DNA from: Sodaliphilus sp.
Lineage (GTDB): Bacteria > Bacteroidota > Bacteroidia > Bacteroidales > Muribaculaceae
DNA length: 64,000 bases
Direction of reading: 5' to 3'
NCBI GenBank assembly: GCA_050873765.1
Contig: JBNMJK010000004.1
Coordinates: 2,844 to 66,843, forward strand
Part shown: one piece after another, positions 21,001 to 29,426 of the stretch
Numbering within the stretch: the first letter of the stretch is position 1
Layout: every line of letters starts with the position of its first letter
Notes under the pieces: generated by a model
What the model was told of the DNA's origin: nothing
Seen by the model: the letters and a program-made list of their open reading frames with translations, nothing else
Databases searched by the model: none
Position numbers and translations under genes: made by a program

Positions 21001-21111
21001 CCTTCTCATCCACAACCTTGCCCTGCACGGTGAATGCTTGGGCAAGAGCCGTCTGGGAGACAGAGGCTAAGGCAAGAGCCAAAAATGCACTTAAAAACTA
21101 TTCAGTCTCAT
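18065..21111 (-). CDS. susC: SusC/RagA TonB-dependent transporter; natural ATG (21111) is out of frame by 1 nt, in-frame TTG at 21082
   Basis: Carboxypeptidase-like N-domain, SISVLKDAASASIYGSRASNGVILVTTK plug, C-terminal FGLNVEF. Confidence 0.93.
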
Positions 21112-21203
21112 TTTTTGGGTTTGAAGTTTATTAGTTATGTAAAATGATGTATTTGTCAGTTAGGAAAGTTATGTGAATTACGTTTGGAAGCTGTGGCTCT
21201 GCC

Positions 21204-22409
21204 TCAACAGTCAAACGCTCGTTTTCGTGCATTTGCGCATGCTCCAATCAGTCCCACCTGGTCGCCAAGCTGCGAAAGCTCGATTTTGGTGTCTTCGTTG
21301 ACAAGATTGAGAGAATAGCGCCTTACAAGGGTCTTTATTGGCTGAAGAATGTAGTCGCCCGTCATCGACAAGCTGCCGCCGATCACCACTTTCTCAGGGT
21401 TGAAAATGTTGATCAGTCCGGCAATCCATCTGCCGAGCACTTGTCCCACTTCCTCCACCAGTTCTATGCATAAGAGGTCTTCGTGGTTTACGGCATCTAT
21501 AATTTTGTCGAGTGACACGTCGCCCTCAGTCTTGAATTCCTTTGCGAGAATTGAATTTTCACCGGCTTCGAGCCTGGCGATTAGCTTGCGGTGCAGCGCG
21601 CTGCCAGATGCTTCCGTCTCGAGGCACCCTTTTTTGCCGCAGTGGCACATCACCTCATTGTTGAATGTGACCATGTGCCCGAACTCACCGGCAAATCCCG
21701 ATTTGCCTCTGTAGATTTTTCCGTCGAGAATCATACCGATGCCAAGTCCCCAGCCTACGTTCACGAAAATCACATTCTTTTCGTTTGAGCAGTTGCCGAA
21801 CGTATATTCGCCCAGGGTCATCGCCCTTGTGTCGTTTTCGATGCAGGCCGATATTCCGATTTTTCTGGTCAGCACATCAGCCAGCGATTGCTCCTCGAAA
21901 TTAAACCGGCTGTAGCTGTAGCCCGATTGAGGGTTTACGCGTCCGGAAATGTTGAGGTTTATTTTAATAATGTTTTCTTTGTCGATGCTCAGATTAGAAA
22001 TAAAAGTACGAATGATGTGGCAGAGACGGTCGAGCCCTTCGGGAGTGTTCTCGAAATGGTAGGCAATGTCGATCTGCTTTTCCACCATGTCGCCGCAAAA
22101 GTCAATGAGGCCAATGCTCACCGAATCGTTGTTGATGTCCACTCCAGCGAAATAGCAAGAGTCGGGGTTGAGCCCATAGAGCACAGGATGGCGTCCGCCG
22201 TTGGTTTCCCGCTTGCCCCGCTCTTTTACGATACCTATGCAGGAAAGCTCCTCCACAAGTTTGGTGATTGTGGGAATACTGAGCCCAAGGGATTTCGCCA
22301 AGTCGGGGAGCGTGTAAAATCCATTTTTCATAAAAAAGGAAATCACGCGCTTCTTCAACATCGCATTTTTGGTGCCTTTTCCTATCTCTTTTATTAAGGT
22401 GGAAATCAT
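21204..22409 (-). CDS. ROK-family transcriptional repressor
   Basis: N-terminal HTH, ENDTRA, GFAGEFGH, CHCGKKGCLET. Confidence 0.92.
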   Translation of the reverse strand: MISTLIKEIGKGTKNAMLKKRVISFFMKNGFYTLPDLAKSLGLSIPTITKLVEELSCIGIVKERGKRETNGGRHPVLYGLNPDSCYFAGVDINNDSVSIGLIDFCGDMVEKQIDIAYHFENTPEGLDRLCHIIRTFISNLSIDKENIIKINLNISGRVNPQSGYSYSRFNFEEQSLADVLTRKIGISACIENDTRAMTLGEYTFGNCSNEKNVIFVNVGWGLGIGMILDGKIYRGKSGFAGEFGHMVTFNNEVMCHCGKKGCLETEASGSALHRKLIARLEAGENSILAKEFKTEGDVSLDKIIDAVNHEDLLCIELVEEVGQVLGRWIAGLINIFNPEKVVIGGSLSMTGDYILQPIKTLVRRYSLNLVNEDTKIELSQLGDQVGLIGACANARKRAFDC

Positions 22410-22554
22410 TTTATTTGATTAAAAAGCTAATAGTCAATTTCATTTCTTGTGGCAAAGTAAGCCAGAAAAATCCGTATAAACAAATTTTTTAATTAAAAAT
22501 ATCGCAATTAATAAAATTTTTTCGTAACCCTTGGTGCATATAATAAAAATATTT

Positions 22555-22562
22555 ACCTTTGT
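22555..22562 (+). promoter_or_regulatory. Bacteroidetes sigma70 -7 box for the DUF4434 operon
   Basis: TACCTTTG matches TAnnTTTG, 29 nt before ATG 22591; perfect palindrome TTTTTAATTAAAAA at 22486-22499 is a possible ROK operator. Confidence 0.55.
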
Positions 22563-22590
22563 GAAACCATAAACAAATAAATTTAAAAGA

Positions 22591-23667
22591 ATGCTTAACA
22601 GAAGAATCTTCTTAAAAAGCTTGACTGCATTGGGGCTTGCGGGGCTGGTGGCTCCGCAGATGATGGCTGGCGGCAGCCGCCGGCGCTCTGGCGGACTGGA
22701 GCCGCTTGCCCACAGTGGCAATGCGCTGAGAATCACTGGAACATTCTTAGACGAGATTTCTCACGACATTCCTCATCAGAATTGGGGCGAGAAAGAATGG
22801 GACGCTGATTTCCGCTACATGAAATCGATTGGGATAGACACTGTGGTGATGATCAGTAGTGGCTATCGCAAATTCATCACATATCCGTCGGCTTATCTTA
22901 TAGGTAAAGGGTGCTATAGGCCTTCAGTCGATTTGCTCGACATGTTTCTGCGCCTGTCGGACCGCTATGGAATGAAGTTCTATTTCGGCCTGTATGACTC
23001 TGGCGTGTATTGGGACACTGGCGACATGACGATGGAGATGGAGCATAACCGCTTCGTGGTGGACGAGGTGTGGAAAAACTATGGCTCAAAGCATAAGAGC
23101 TTTGGTGGCTGGTATGTGAGCACCGAAATATCGAGAAAGACCAAGGGCGCTGTGGCTGCATTCCACACACTTGGCAAGCAGTGCAAGGACGTGTCGGGTG
23201 GCTTGCCCACGTTCATCTCACCGTGGATCGACGGCAAAAAGGCTGTGATGGCCGCGTCGTCGAGCCTGACCAAGGAAGCCGGCGTGTCGGTGGAGGAGCA
23301 TGAGCGGGAGTGGAACGAGATTTTTGCGGGCATACATGACGTGATTGACGCTTGCGCCTTCCAAGATGGGCATATCGATTACGACGAACTCGACGCTTTC
23401 TTCGAGGTCAACAAGAAACTTGCCGACCGGTATGGCATCAAATGCTGGACAAATGCAGAGACTTTCGACCGTGATATGCCTATCAAATTTCTCCCTATCA
23501 AATTCGAGAAGCTGCGCATGAAGCTCGAGGCGGCTAAGCGGGCGGGGTATGACAAGGCCATCACCTTTGAATTCTCGCATTTTATGAGCCCGCAATCCGC
23601 TTATCTGCAGGCCGGGCATCTTTTCGACCGGTATTGTGAGTATTTTGGTATAGACGATAAATTTTAA
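22591..23667 (+). CDS. DUF4434-family putative glycoside hydrolase with Tat-like signal
   Basis: NRRIFLKS twin-arginine motif; ITGTFLDEISHDIPHQNWG, ETFDRD. Confidence 0.85.
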   Translation: MLNRRIFLKSLTALGLAGLVAPQMMAGGSRRRSGGLEPLAHSGNALRITGTFLDEISHDIPHQNWGEKEWDADFRYMKSIGIDTVVMISSGYRKFITYPSAYLIGKGCYRPSVDLLDMFLRLSDRYGMKFYFGLYDSGVYWDTGDMTMEMEHNRFVVDEVWKNYGSKHKSFGGWYVSTEISRKTKGAVAAFHTLGKQCKDVSGGLPTFISPWIDGKKAVMAASSSLTKEAGVSVEEHEREWNEIFAGIHDVIDACAFQDGHIDYDELDAFFEVNKKLADRYGIKCWTNAETFDRDMPIKFLPIKFEKLRMKLEAAKRAGYDKAITFEFSHFMSPQSAYLQAGHLFDRYCEYFGIDDKF

Positions 23668-23684
23668 TCTAAAGAATAATAATT

Positions 23685-25097
23685 ATGATTGTTGGAAAAG
23701 CAAACTTGGCCTACGTCACGTTTATTGCCGTTGTGGCGGCTGTCGGCGGCTTCCTGTTTGGCTACGACACGGCTGTCATTTCCGGAACTATCGATGTGGT
23801 CGGACGTCAGTTCTCTCTCGACGCATTGCAGAAAGGGTGGTATGTGGGCTGTGCATTGGTAGGAAGCATCTGCGGTGTGGCTGTGGCAGGAATGATAGGC
23901 GATTATCTGGGTCGCAAGAAGGCCATGATATTGTCGGCGCTGTTGTTCACGGTGTCGGCTGTTGGCTGCGCGGTGTCGGCATCGTTCAGTGAGCTTGTGG
24001 CATATCGGATAGTAGGAGGCGTAGGCATCGGAATGGTGTCGATTATTTCTCCGCTGTATATATCAGAAGTGTCGGTGCCAGAGCACAGAGGGCGGCTGGT
24101 TTCGCTCTATCAGTTGGCCATAACGATAGGCTTCCTTGGGGCTTACATCGCTAATTACGCCCTGCTTCAGTTTGAGCATACGGCAGCTCTCTCGCAAATC
24201 CACCTCGTGGCCACCGTGTTTGGCACAGAGTCGTGGCGTGGAATGCTTGGAATGGAAACGCTGCCCGCTGCATTGTTCCTTGTGATCATATTCTTTATTC
24301 CGGAATCGCCAAGATGGCTCGTGCTTAAAAGGCGTGAGGCAGAGGCTGCCGCCATAGTCGGTAAAATATACCTTAACGATAAGGACGCGTCGCAGGAGCT
24401 TTCAAACATACGCTCGGCTATCGGAAATGAAGAGCATGTGGAATGGCGTGAGCTTCTTCGCCCCGGTGTCAGAAAGATGGTGGCAGTAGGGGTGGCGATA
24501 GCCATTCTTGGCCAGTTTATGGGCGTGAACGCGGTGCTCTACTATGGTCCGTCGATATTCACCGACAGCGGTCTGTCGGGTGGTGACTCCCTGTTTTATC
24601 AGGTGCTCGTGGGCACTGTGAATATGCTCACCACGGTTCTTGCATTGCTCATCATAGATAAGGTGGGACGTAAAAAACTTGTATATTACGGTGTGGGAGG
24701 AATGATAGCGTCGCTCGTTCTCATATCCGCCTACTTTGCTTTTGGAGCGTCGGTAGGGCTGTCGCCATTGTTGCTGCTGGTGTTTTTCCTGGCCTACATA
24801 TTCTGCTGCGCCATTTCGATATGCGTGGTAGTGTGGGTGCTGCTGTCGGAGATGTATCCAACGAAAGTGAGAGGGTTGGCCATGTCGATTGCCGGATTCT
24901 CGCTGTGGATAGGCACATATCTGATAGGCCAGCTCACGCCATGGATGCTTTTGCGGCTTACTCCGGTAGGCACCTTCCTGCTGTTTGCAGTGATGTGTGT
25001 TCCGTATATTGTCATTGTCCACAAATGTGTTCCGGAGACCAAGGGACTGAGCCTTGAAGAAATTGAGAGAATTACTGAGAAAGAAAACAAACATTAA
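23685..25097 (+). CDS. Sugar porter family MFS transporter
   Basis: GGFLFGYDTAVISG, GRKK loop, PESPRWL, PETKGLSLEEI. Confidence 0.93.
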   Translation: MIVGKANLAYVTFIAVVAAVGGFLFGYDTAVISGTIDVVGRQFSLDALQKGWYVGCALVGSICGVAVAGMIGDYLGRKKAMILSALLFTVSAVGCAVSASFSELVAYRIVGGVGIGMVSIISPLYISEVSVPEHRGRLVSLYQLAITIGFLGAYIANYALLQFEHTAALSQIHLVATVFGTESWRGMLGMETLPAALFLVIIFFIPESPRWLVLKRREAEAAAIVGKIYLNDKDASQELSNIRSAIGNEEHVEWRELLRPGVRKMVAVGVAIAILGQFMGVNAVLYYGPSIFTDSGLSGGDSLFYQVLVGTVNMLTTVLALLIIDKVGRKKLVYYGVGGMIASLVLISAYFAFGASVGLSPLLLLVFFLAYIFCCAISICVVVWVLLSEMYPTKVRGLAMSIAGFSLWIGTYLIGQLTPWMLLRLTPVGTFLLFAVMCVPYIVIVHKCVPETKGLSLEEIERITEKENKH

Positions 25098-25109
25098 AAA
25101 TCATATAAA

Positions 25110-26312
25110 GTGATGGATAAAAAAATAGAGGAGCTTGCGAATCTATATAAGTCGGAACTGCTTGGCAATGTGTTGCCATTTTGGCTCGACAAGTCGCAGG
25201 ACAAAGAGTGTGGCGGTTATTTCTCGTGTCTTGACCGTTATGGAAACGTTTATGACACAGATAAGTTTGTGTGGATGCAGGGACGTGAGGTTTGGCTGTT
25301 CTCAATGCTCTACAACAAACTTGAGAAGCGCGAAGAATGGCTTGAATGTGCGGTGAGAGGCGGTGAGTTTTTGAAGAAGCACGGGCACGACGGCAAATTC
25401 AACTGGTATTTTTCGCTCGACAGAGCCGGCAATCCATTGGTTGAGCCCTACAATATATTCTCCTACACGTTTGCCACGATTGCTTTCGGGCAGTTGGCGC
25501 TTGCCACCGGCAACAAGGAATATGAAGATATAGCACGCAGCACATTCGACATCATACTGTCGAAAAAAGAAAATCCGAAGGGCAAGTGGAACAAACTACA
25601 TTCGGGCACGCGCGACATGAAGAATTTCGCTTTGCCGATGATTCTCTGCAACGTGGCTTTGGAGATAGAGCATATGATTGAGCCGGAATATCTGAATCAG
25701 ACAATCGACACTTGCCTGCATGAGGTGCTTGATGTGTTCTACCGTCCGGAACTTGGCCTGGTGGTGGAGAATGTCACCACCGACAATCAGCTGTGCGATT
25801 CGTTTGAGGGACGCCACATGAATCCCGGACACGCTATTGAAGCGATGTGGTTCTGCATGGACCTCGGAGAGCGTCTGGGCAGAAAAGACATCATCGACAA
25901 GGCTGTGGATATAACCCTGAATATGATTAACTATGGTTGGGACAAGGAATTTGGCGGTATATTCTATTTTATGGACCGCAAAGGCTGTCCTCCACAGGAG
26001 CTGGAATGGGATCAGAAACTTTGGTGGGTGCATATAGAGACGTTGATTTCCCTGCTGAAAGGTTATCAGCTCACCGGCCGCAAAGAATGTTGGCAATGGT
26101 TTGAGAAAGTGCACGACTATGCATGGACGCATTTCAAGGACTCGGAAGCTCCTGAGTGGTTTGGCTATCTGAATCGCAGGGGAGAGGTGTTGTTGCCTCT
26201 CAAGGGCGGAAAATGGAAGGGCTGCTTCCATGTGCCCAGAGGCTTGTATCAATGCTGGCAGACGCTGGAGAAAATTGCACACCCCGACTCATCGGTTATT
26301 ATTGACAAGTAA
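25110..26312 (+). CDS. AGE-family N-acyl-D-glucosamine 2-epimerase
   Basis: WMQGREVW, NPGHAIEAMWF, KLWWVH, KGCFHVPR; GTG start. Confidence 0.92.
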   Translation: MMDKKIEELANLYKSELLGNVLPFWLDKSQDKECGGYFSCLDRYGNVYDTDKFVWMQGREVWLFSMLYNKLEKREEWLECAVRGGEFLKKHGHDGKFNWYFSLDRAGNPLVEPYNIFSYTFATIAFGQLALATGNKEYEDIARSTFDIILSKKENPKGKWNKLHSGTRDMKNFALPMILCNVALEIEHMIEPEYLNQTIDTCLHEVLDVFYRPELGLVVENVTTDNQLCDSFEGRHMNPGHAIEAMWFCMDLGERLGRKDIIDKAVDITLNMINYGWDKEFGGIFYFMDRKGCPPQELEWDQKLWWVHIETLISLLKGYQLTGRKECWQWFEKVHDYAWTHFKDSEAPEWFGYLNRRGEVLLPLKGGKWKGCFHVPRGLYQCWQTLEKIAHPDSSVIIDK

Positions 26313-26333
26313 GTGTTTCTCATAATAATGATG

Positions 26334-26372
26334 GAAGGGCGCTTGGCACTGTGTTGCCGAGTGCCCTTCTTG
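26334..26372 (+). terminator. Hairpin/terminator after epimerase
   Basis: GAAGGGCGCTTGGCA/TGCCGAGTGCCCTTC 15-bp stem; weak T-tract. Confidence 0.6.
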
Positions 26373-26491
26373 ATTGTTAACTTTTTCGTAACTTTGTAGA
26401 AGATAGGCTGCATTTCTCCAAAACAAATTTGTTGTTCTGCGTTTGGTTTGCACTATCTTTGCACCAGAATAAAATAAATTGATGATTCAAG

Positions 26492-27466
26492 ATGAAAAAA
26501 CGAATTTTAATCAGTATGCTGATGGCTGTGGTGGCCGTGGTGGCCGTGGTTGCCGCCTGTGCACAAATCACGGATGGCTCGTATTGGACCGACGGTATAG
26601 TCAGCTATAAGGCCAAGGTGCTGAATGGCGGCAAAACCGTGGTGATGGAAGGCGGCACCCTGCATGAGGGCGGCTACAAATTTGTGCTCAAACGGGAGAG
26701 AAAGTCGGCAAAAGAATACACGATTCTGCCCGGCGACCAGTCCGACAGCACCATTTGCATAGACAGCTTGTGCCACAAGGGCGATGAATTGGTGCTCTAT
26801 AACATTGGGGGCTACAAAATACTTCAGTGCTATCATAGCCATCTATTCGTGGCGGCACTCCAGAAGTTTGACGGCAATCTTGAGCGTTTTATGAAGCGCG
26901 ACCGCTACGAAGCCTATGCGGGTGTTTATGAAGATATGAAAACCGGTGAGAAATGGCATTTCACCACGAATGGAAAATATGCGGTAGGGTCGCAGCAAAC
27001 CTATAGCAACTATGTAGTGATAAAGCAGTTTGATATGCCTTCCGATGTGATCGCGCTTGCCGACGGCACACTTTATCAAGTGCAGCTCACCGAGCATGGC
27101 ATGAATTTGCGAGCCTGCAAGGCATCGGGGCTGCATGGCGACCAGGTGGACGAGGAAACCATGGAGTTTGGCGAAGTGGTGGCTGTGCTGAACCGAACAG
27201 CGTCGGCCTACGGCGTGGGCAAATGGTCGATATGTGAAAAGCGTCCGTTGAGCAAGGCAATGCTCAACTTTTATGATGAAAAAACACTCAAATTAATGAT
27301 CGGGGAGATGTTTGCTCGGAGCGGAATAGTGCTGTATGACGACCAGCACGGCTATTTTTGTCTGCAACCTTGGTTTAAACCCAGAAAATACAAGGTGCCC
27401 AAAGTGTACGACATATCTGGGTTTAATTTCACCTATATGTGGGCGCAGTTGAATTTGGCATTGTGA
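26492..27466 (+). CDS. Secreted hypothetical protein with degenerate YARHG-like C-terminal domain
   Basis: Signal peptide; LKLMIGEMFARSG..YF..QPWFKP resembles the YARHG consensus. Confidence 0.7.
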   Translation: MKKRILISMLMAVVAVVAVVAACAQITDGSYWTDGIVSYKAKVLNGGKTVVMEGGTLHEGGYKFVLKRERKSAKEYTILPGDQSDSTICIDSLCHKGDELVLYNIGGYKILQCYHSHLFVAALQKFDGNLERFMKRDRYEAYAGVYEDMKTGEKWHFTTNGKYAVGSQQTYSNYVVIKQFDMPSDVIALADGTLYQVQLTEHGMNLRACKASGLHGDQVDEETMEFGEVVAVLNRTASAYGVGKWSICEKRPLSKAMLNFYDEKTLKLMIGEMFARSGIVLYDDQHGYFCLQPWFKPRKYKVPKVYDISGFNFTYMWAQLNLAL

Positions 27467-27607
27467 AGTCAAGCCCATAACCACAGCGGTTGCATATCGT
27501 TTTTTTTGAGGCGGACGCGGCCTTTGGCATGAAATTTGCTATATTGTGGGGCGTGGGGGCTGTCGCACGAACCGCACGAACCGTGCGTCCTTACTGAATA
27601 CCTCCCT

Positions 27608-27677
27608 TCTAACATCTAATTTCTAACGTCTAATTTCTGACGTCTAACATCTAATTTCTAACATCTAACATCTAATT
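27608..27677 (+). repeat. Tandem heptamer array, 10 x TCTRA(C/T)N
   Basis: TCTAACA TCTAATT TCTAACG TCTAATT TCTGACG TCTAACA TCTAATT TCTAACA TCTAACA TCTAATT. Confidence 0.92.
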
Positions 27678-27752
27678 GATTATGAACTATGGACACATTA
27701 TGTTTCACCAAAGTAAAGTTTTTGCTCACCTTATCTTTAATAGAAAGAGACG

Positions 27753-28040
27753 ATGGACAAAAATCAAAACAAACGAAACAAATTGTGGCGTCGCCGACAG
27801 ATGGCGCGCGTGTTTAAGGCTCGTATGATTTATCTCGCAGCCTGTGGTGAGATAATCCTTCTTGAAGACGGCAGTATGAAACGCAATCCTCACTGGTTTG
27901 AGGTGGCAAAAGAACAGTGGGCGCTAAAGTACAAATCTACTGGCACCCCATGTAGATGCTGGTTTTGTAGGAGAGAGGAATACAATCGCCGATCCTATAA
28001 AAAGGACTCTCTTCGCATCATTCGGGAATCTTTGGAATAA
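27753..28040 (+). CDS. Small basic hypothetical protein with CxCxxC motif
   Basis: 95-aa ORF, TPCRCWFC, followed by a terminator. Confidence 0.7.
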   Translation: MDKNQNKRNKLWRRRQMARVFKARMIYLAACGEIILLEDGSMKRNPHWFEVAKEQWALKYKSTGTPCRCWFCRREEYNRRSYKKDSLRIIRESLE

Positions 28041-28066
28041 GGCCGTGGTGTGAACCGCATTGAAAA

Positions 28067-28113
28067 AACTGGACCAACGCATTTGCATAGGCGATGGTCC
28101 AGTTTCTTTTTTG
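28067..28113 (+). terminator. Intrinsic terminator
   Basis: AACTGGACCA/TGGTCCAGTT stem and T-tract. Confidence 0.75.
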
Positions 28114-28165
28114 TGTTGCGGTTTCTTTTTCCTACTTTTGTACTGTCAACTAAAATGAAGAAGAA

Positions 28166-29362
28166 ATGAAACATCTGCTACTATCTATGTTTGTGGCGTT
28201 GATGGCAGTGGCCTCATGGGCAGCCGGCAACGACCAGTACACCATTATCGTGTCGCTCGACGGATTCCGCTGGGACTATTGTGAGGCCTACAACACGCCA
28301 TTCCTCAATTCCATGGCGGCAAAGGGCGTGAAGGCTGTGATGCAGCCGTCGTTTCCCTCCAAAACGTTCCCCAACCATTACACCCTGGCCACAGGGTTGG
28401 TGCCCGACCATCATGGCATCATTGCCAACTCTTTCCGTGTGCGCGCCACAGGCAAGCGATACTCGCTTGGCGACTCCGAGACTCGTACCGATCCCCAATA
28501 TTACGGTGGCGACCCTATTTGGCTCACTGCCAAACGCCAAGGCGTGACCACCGCCACGGTGTACTGGGTGGGCAGTGATGTGGCTATCAAGGGCGATCAT
28601 GCCAATTATTGGCACGACTACCAGAAAAAGCCGCTGCTCACCGATGTGGAGCGTGCCGATGAGGTGCTGCGCCTGCTCCAGCTTCCGGAAAAGGAGCGTC
28701 CTCATTTTGTGATGTGCTATTTTGAGGAGCCCGACCACACGGGCCATGTGGCTGGACCGGTGACGAGCGACTGCCGCAAGGAGGTGGAACACATGGACGA
28801 GGTGCTGGCGTATATGTGGAACCGCATCAGTCTGCTGCCAGAGGCGAGCAAAGTGAACTTGATAGTGACTGGCGACCATGGCATGACGTGGACCGACGCC
28901 GACCGCACTGTGCCGGTGAGTAAATACATCAAAGACGAGTGGGTGGATGCCGTGGATGGCGACCTGCCTGCCAATGTGTATGTGAAAAAGGCGGCTTACG
29001 TTGACTCTATTTTGCTGGCGCTGAAGGGTGTTGACCATATTCGCGCATGGCGTAAGGCCGACATTCCCGAATATCTGCACTATGGCAGCAACCCGAATGT
29101 GGGCGATGTGCTGGTGCTTCCCGATGTGGGCTGGCTTTTCACCGACCGTAAGGTGCGCCGGGGTGGCAGCCATGGCTTCGACAACACTTGCAGTGATATG
29201 CAGGTGGGCTTCCGCGCCATGGGACCGGCGTTTAAGAACGGCTATGTGAAGGCCGACAAATTCCGCAATGTGTGCGTGTATCCGCTGCTGTGCCATTTGC
29301 TCGGTGTGAAACCTTCGGCTTGCGATGGCTCTCTTGCCGAGGTGGCTGATATGCTGAAATAG
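28166..29362 (+). CDS. Ectonucleotide pyrophosphatase/phosphodiesterase (alkaline phosphatase superfamily)
   Basis: VSLDGFRWDY, FPSKTFPNHYTLATG, EEPDHTGH, TGDHGM, GSHGFD. Confidence 0.93.
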   Translation: MKHLLLSMFVALMAVASWAAGNDQYTIIVSLDGFRWDYCEAYNTPFLNSMAAKGVKAVMQPSFPSKTFPNHYTLATGLVPDHHGIIANSFRVRATGKRYSLGDSETRTDPQYYGGDPIWLTAKRQGVTTATVYWVGSDVAIKGDHANYWHDYQKKPLLTDVERADEVLRLLQLPEKERPHFVMCYFEEPDHTGHVAGPVTSDCRKEVEHMDEVLAYMWNRISLLPEASKVNLIVTGDHGMTWTDADRTVPVSKYIKDEWVDAVDGDLPANVYVKKAAYVDSILLALKGVDHIRAWRKADIPEYLHYGSNPNVGDVLVLPDVGWLFTDRKVRRGGSHGFDNTCSDMQVGFRAMGPAFKNGYVKADKFRNVCVYPLLCHLLGVKPSACDGSLAEVADMLK

Positions 29363-29426
29363 CCGCCATATTGCTATTGACCGCGGTGCCGGCATTGTGT
29401 AGTTTTACACTCAAAAAAGAATACCG

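Noticed and set aside
21112-22590. Invertible promoter for the PUL
   Set aside because: No flanking inverted repeats or recombinase found.
26524-26560. GTGGTGGCC tandem repeat in a signal peptide
   Set aside because: In-frame 9-mer, only 2-3 copies; no frameshift potential.
27608-27677. Possible CRISPR array
   Set aside because: 7-bp tandem units with no spacers and no cas genes.
28214-29395. 393-aa minus-strand ORF
   Set aside because: Antisense shadow of the NPP gene.
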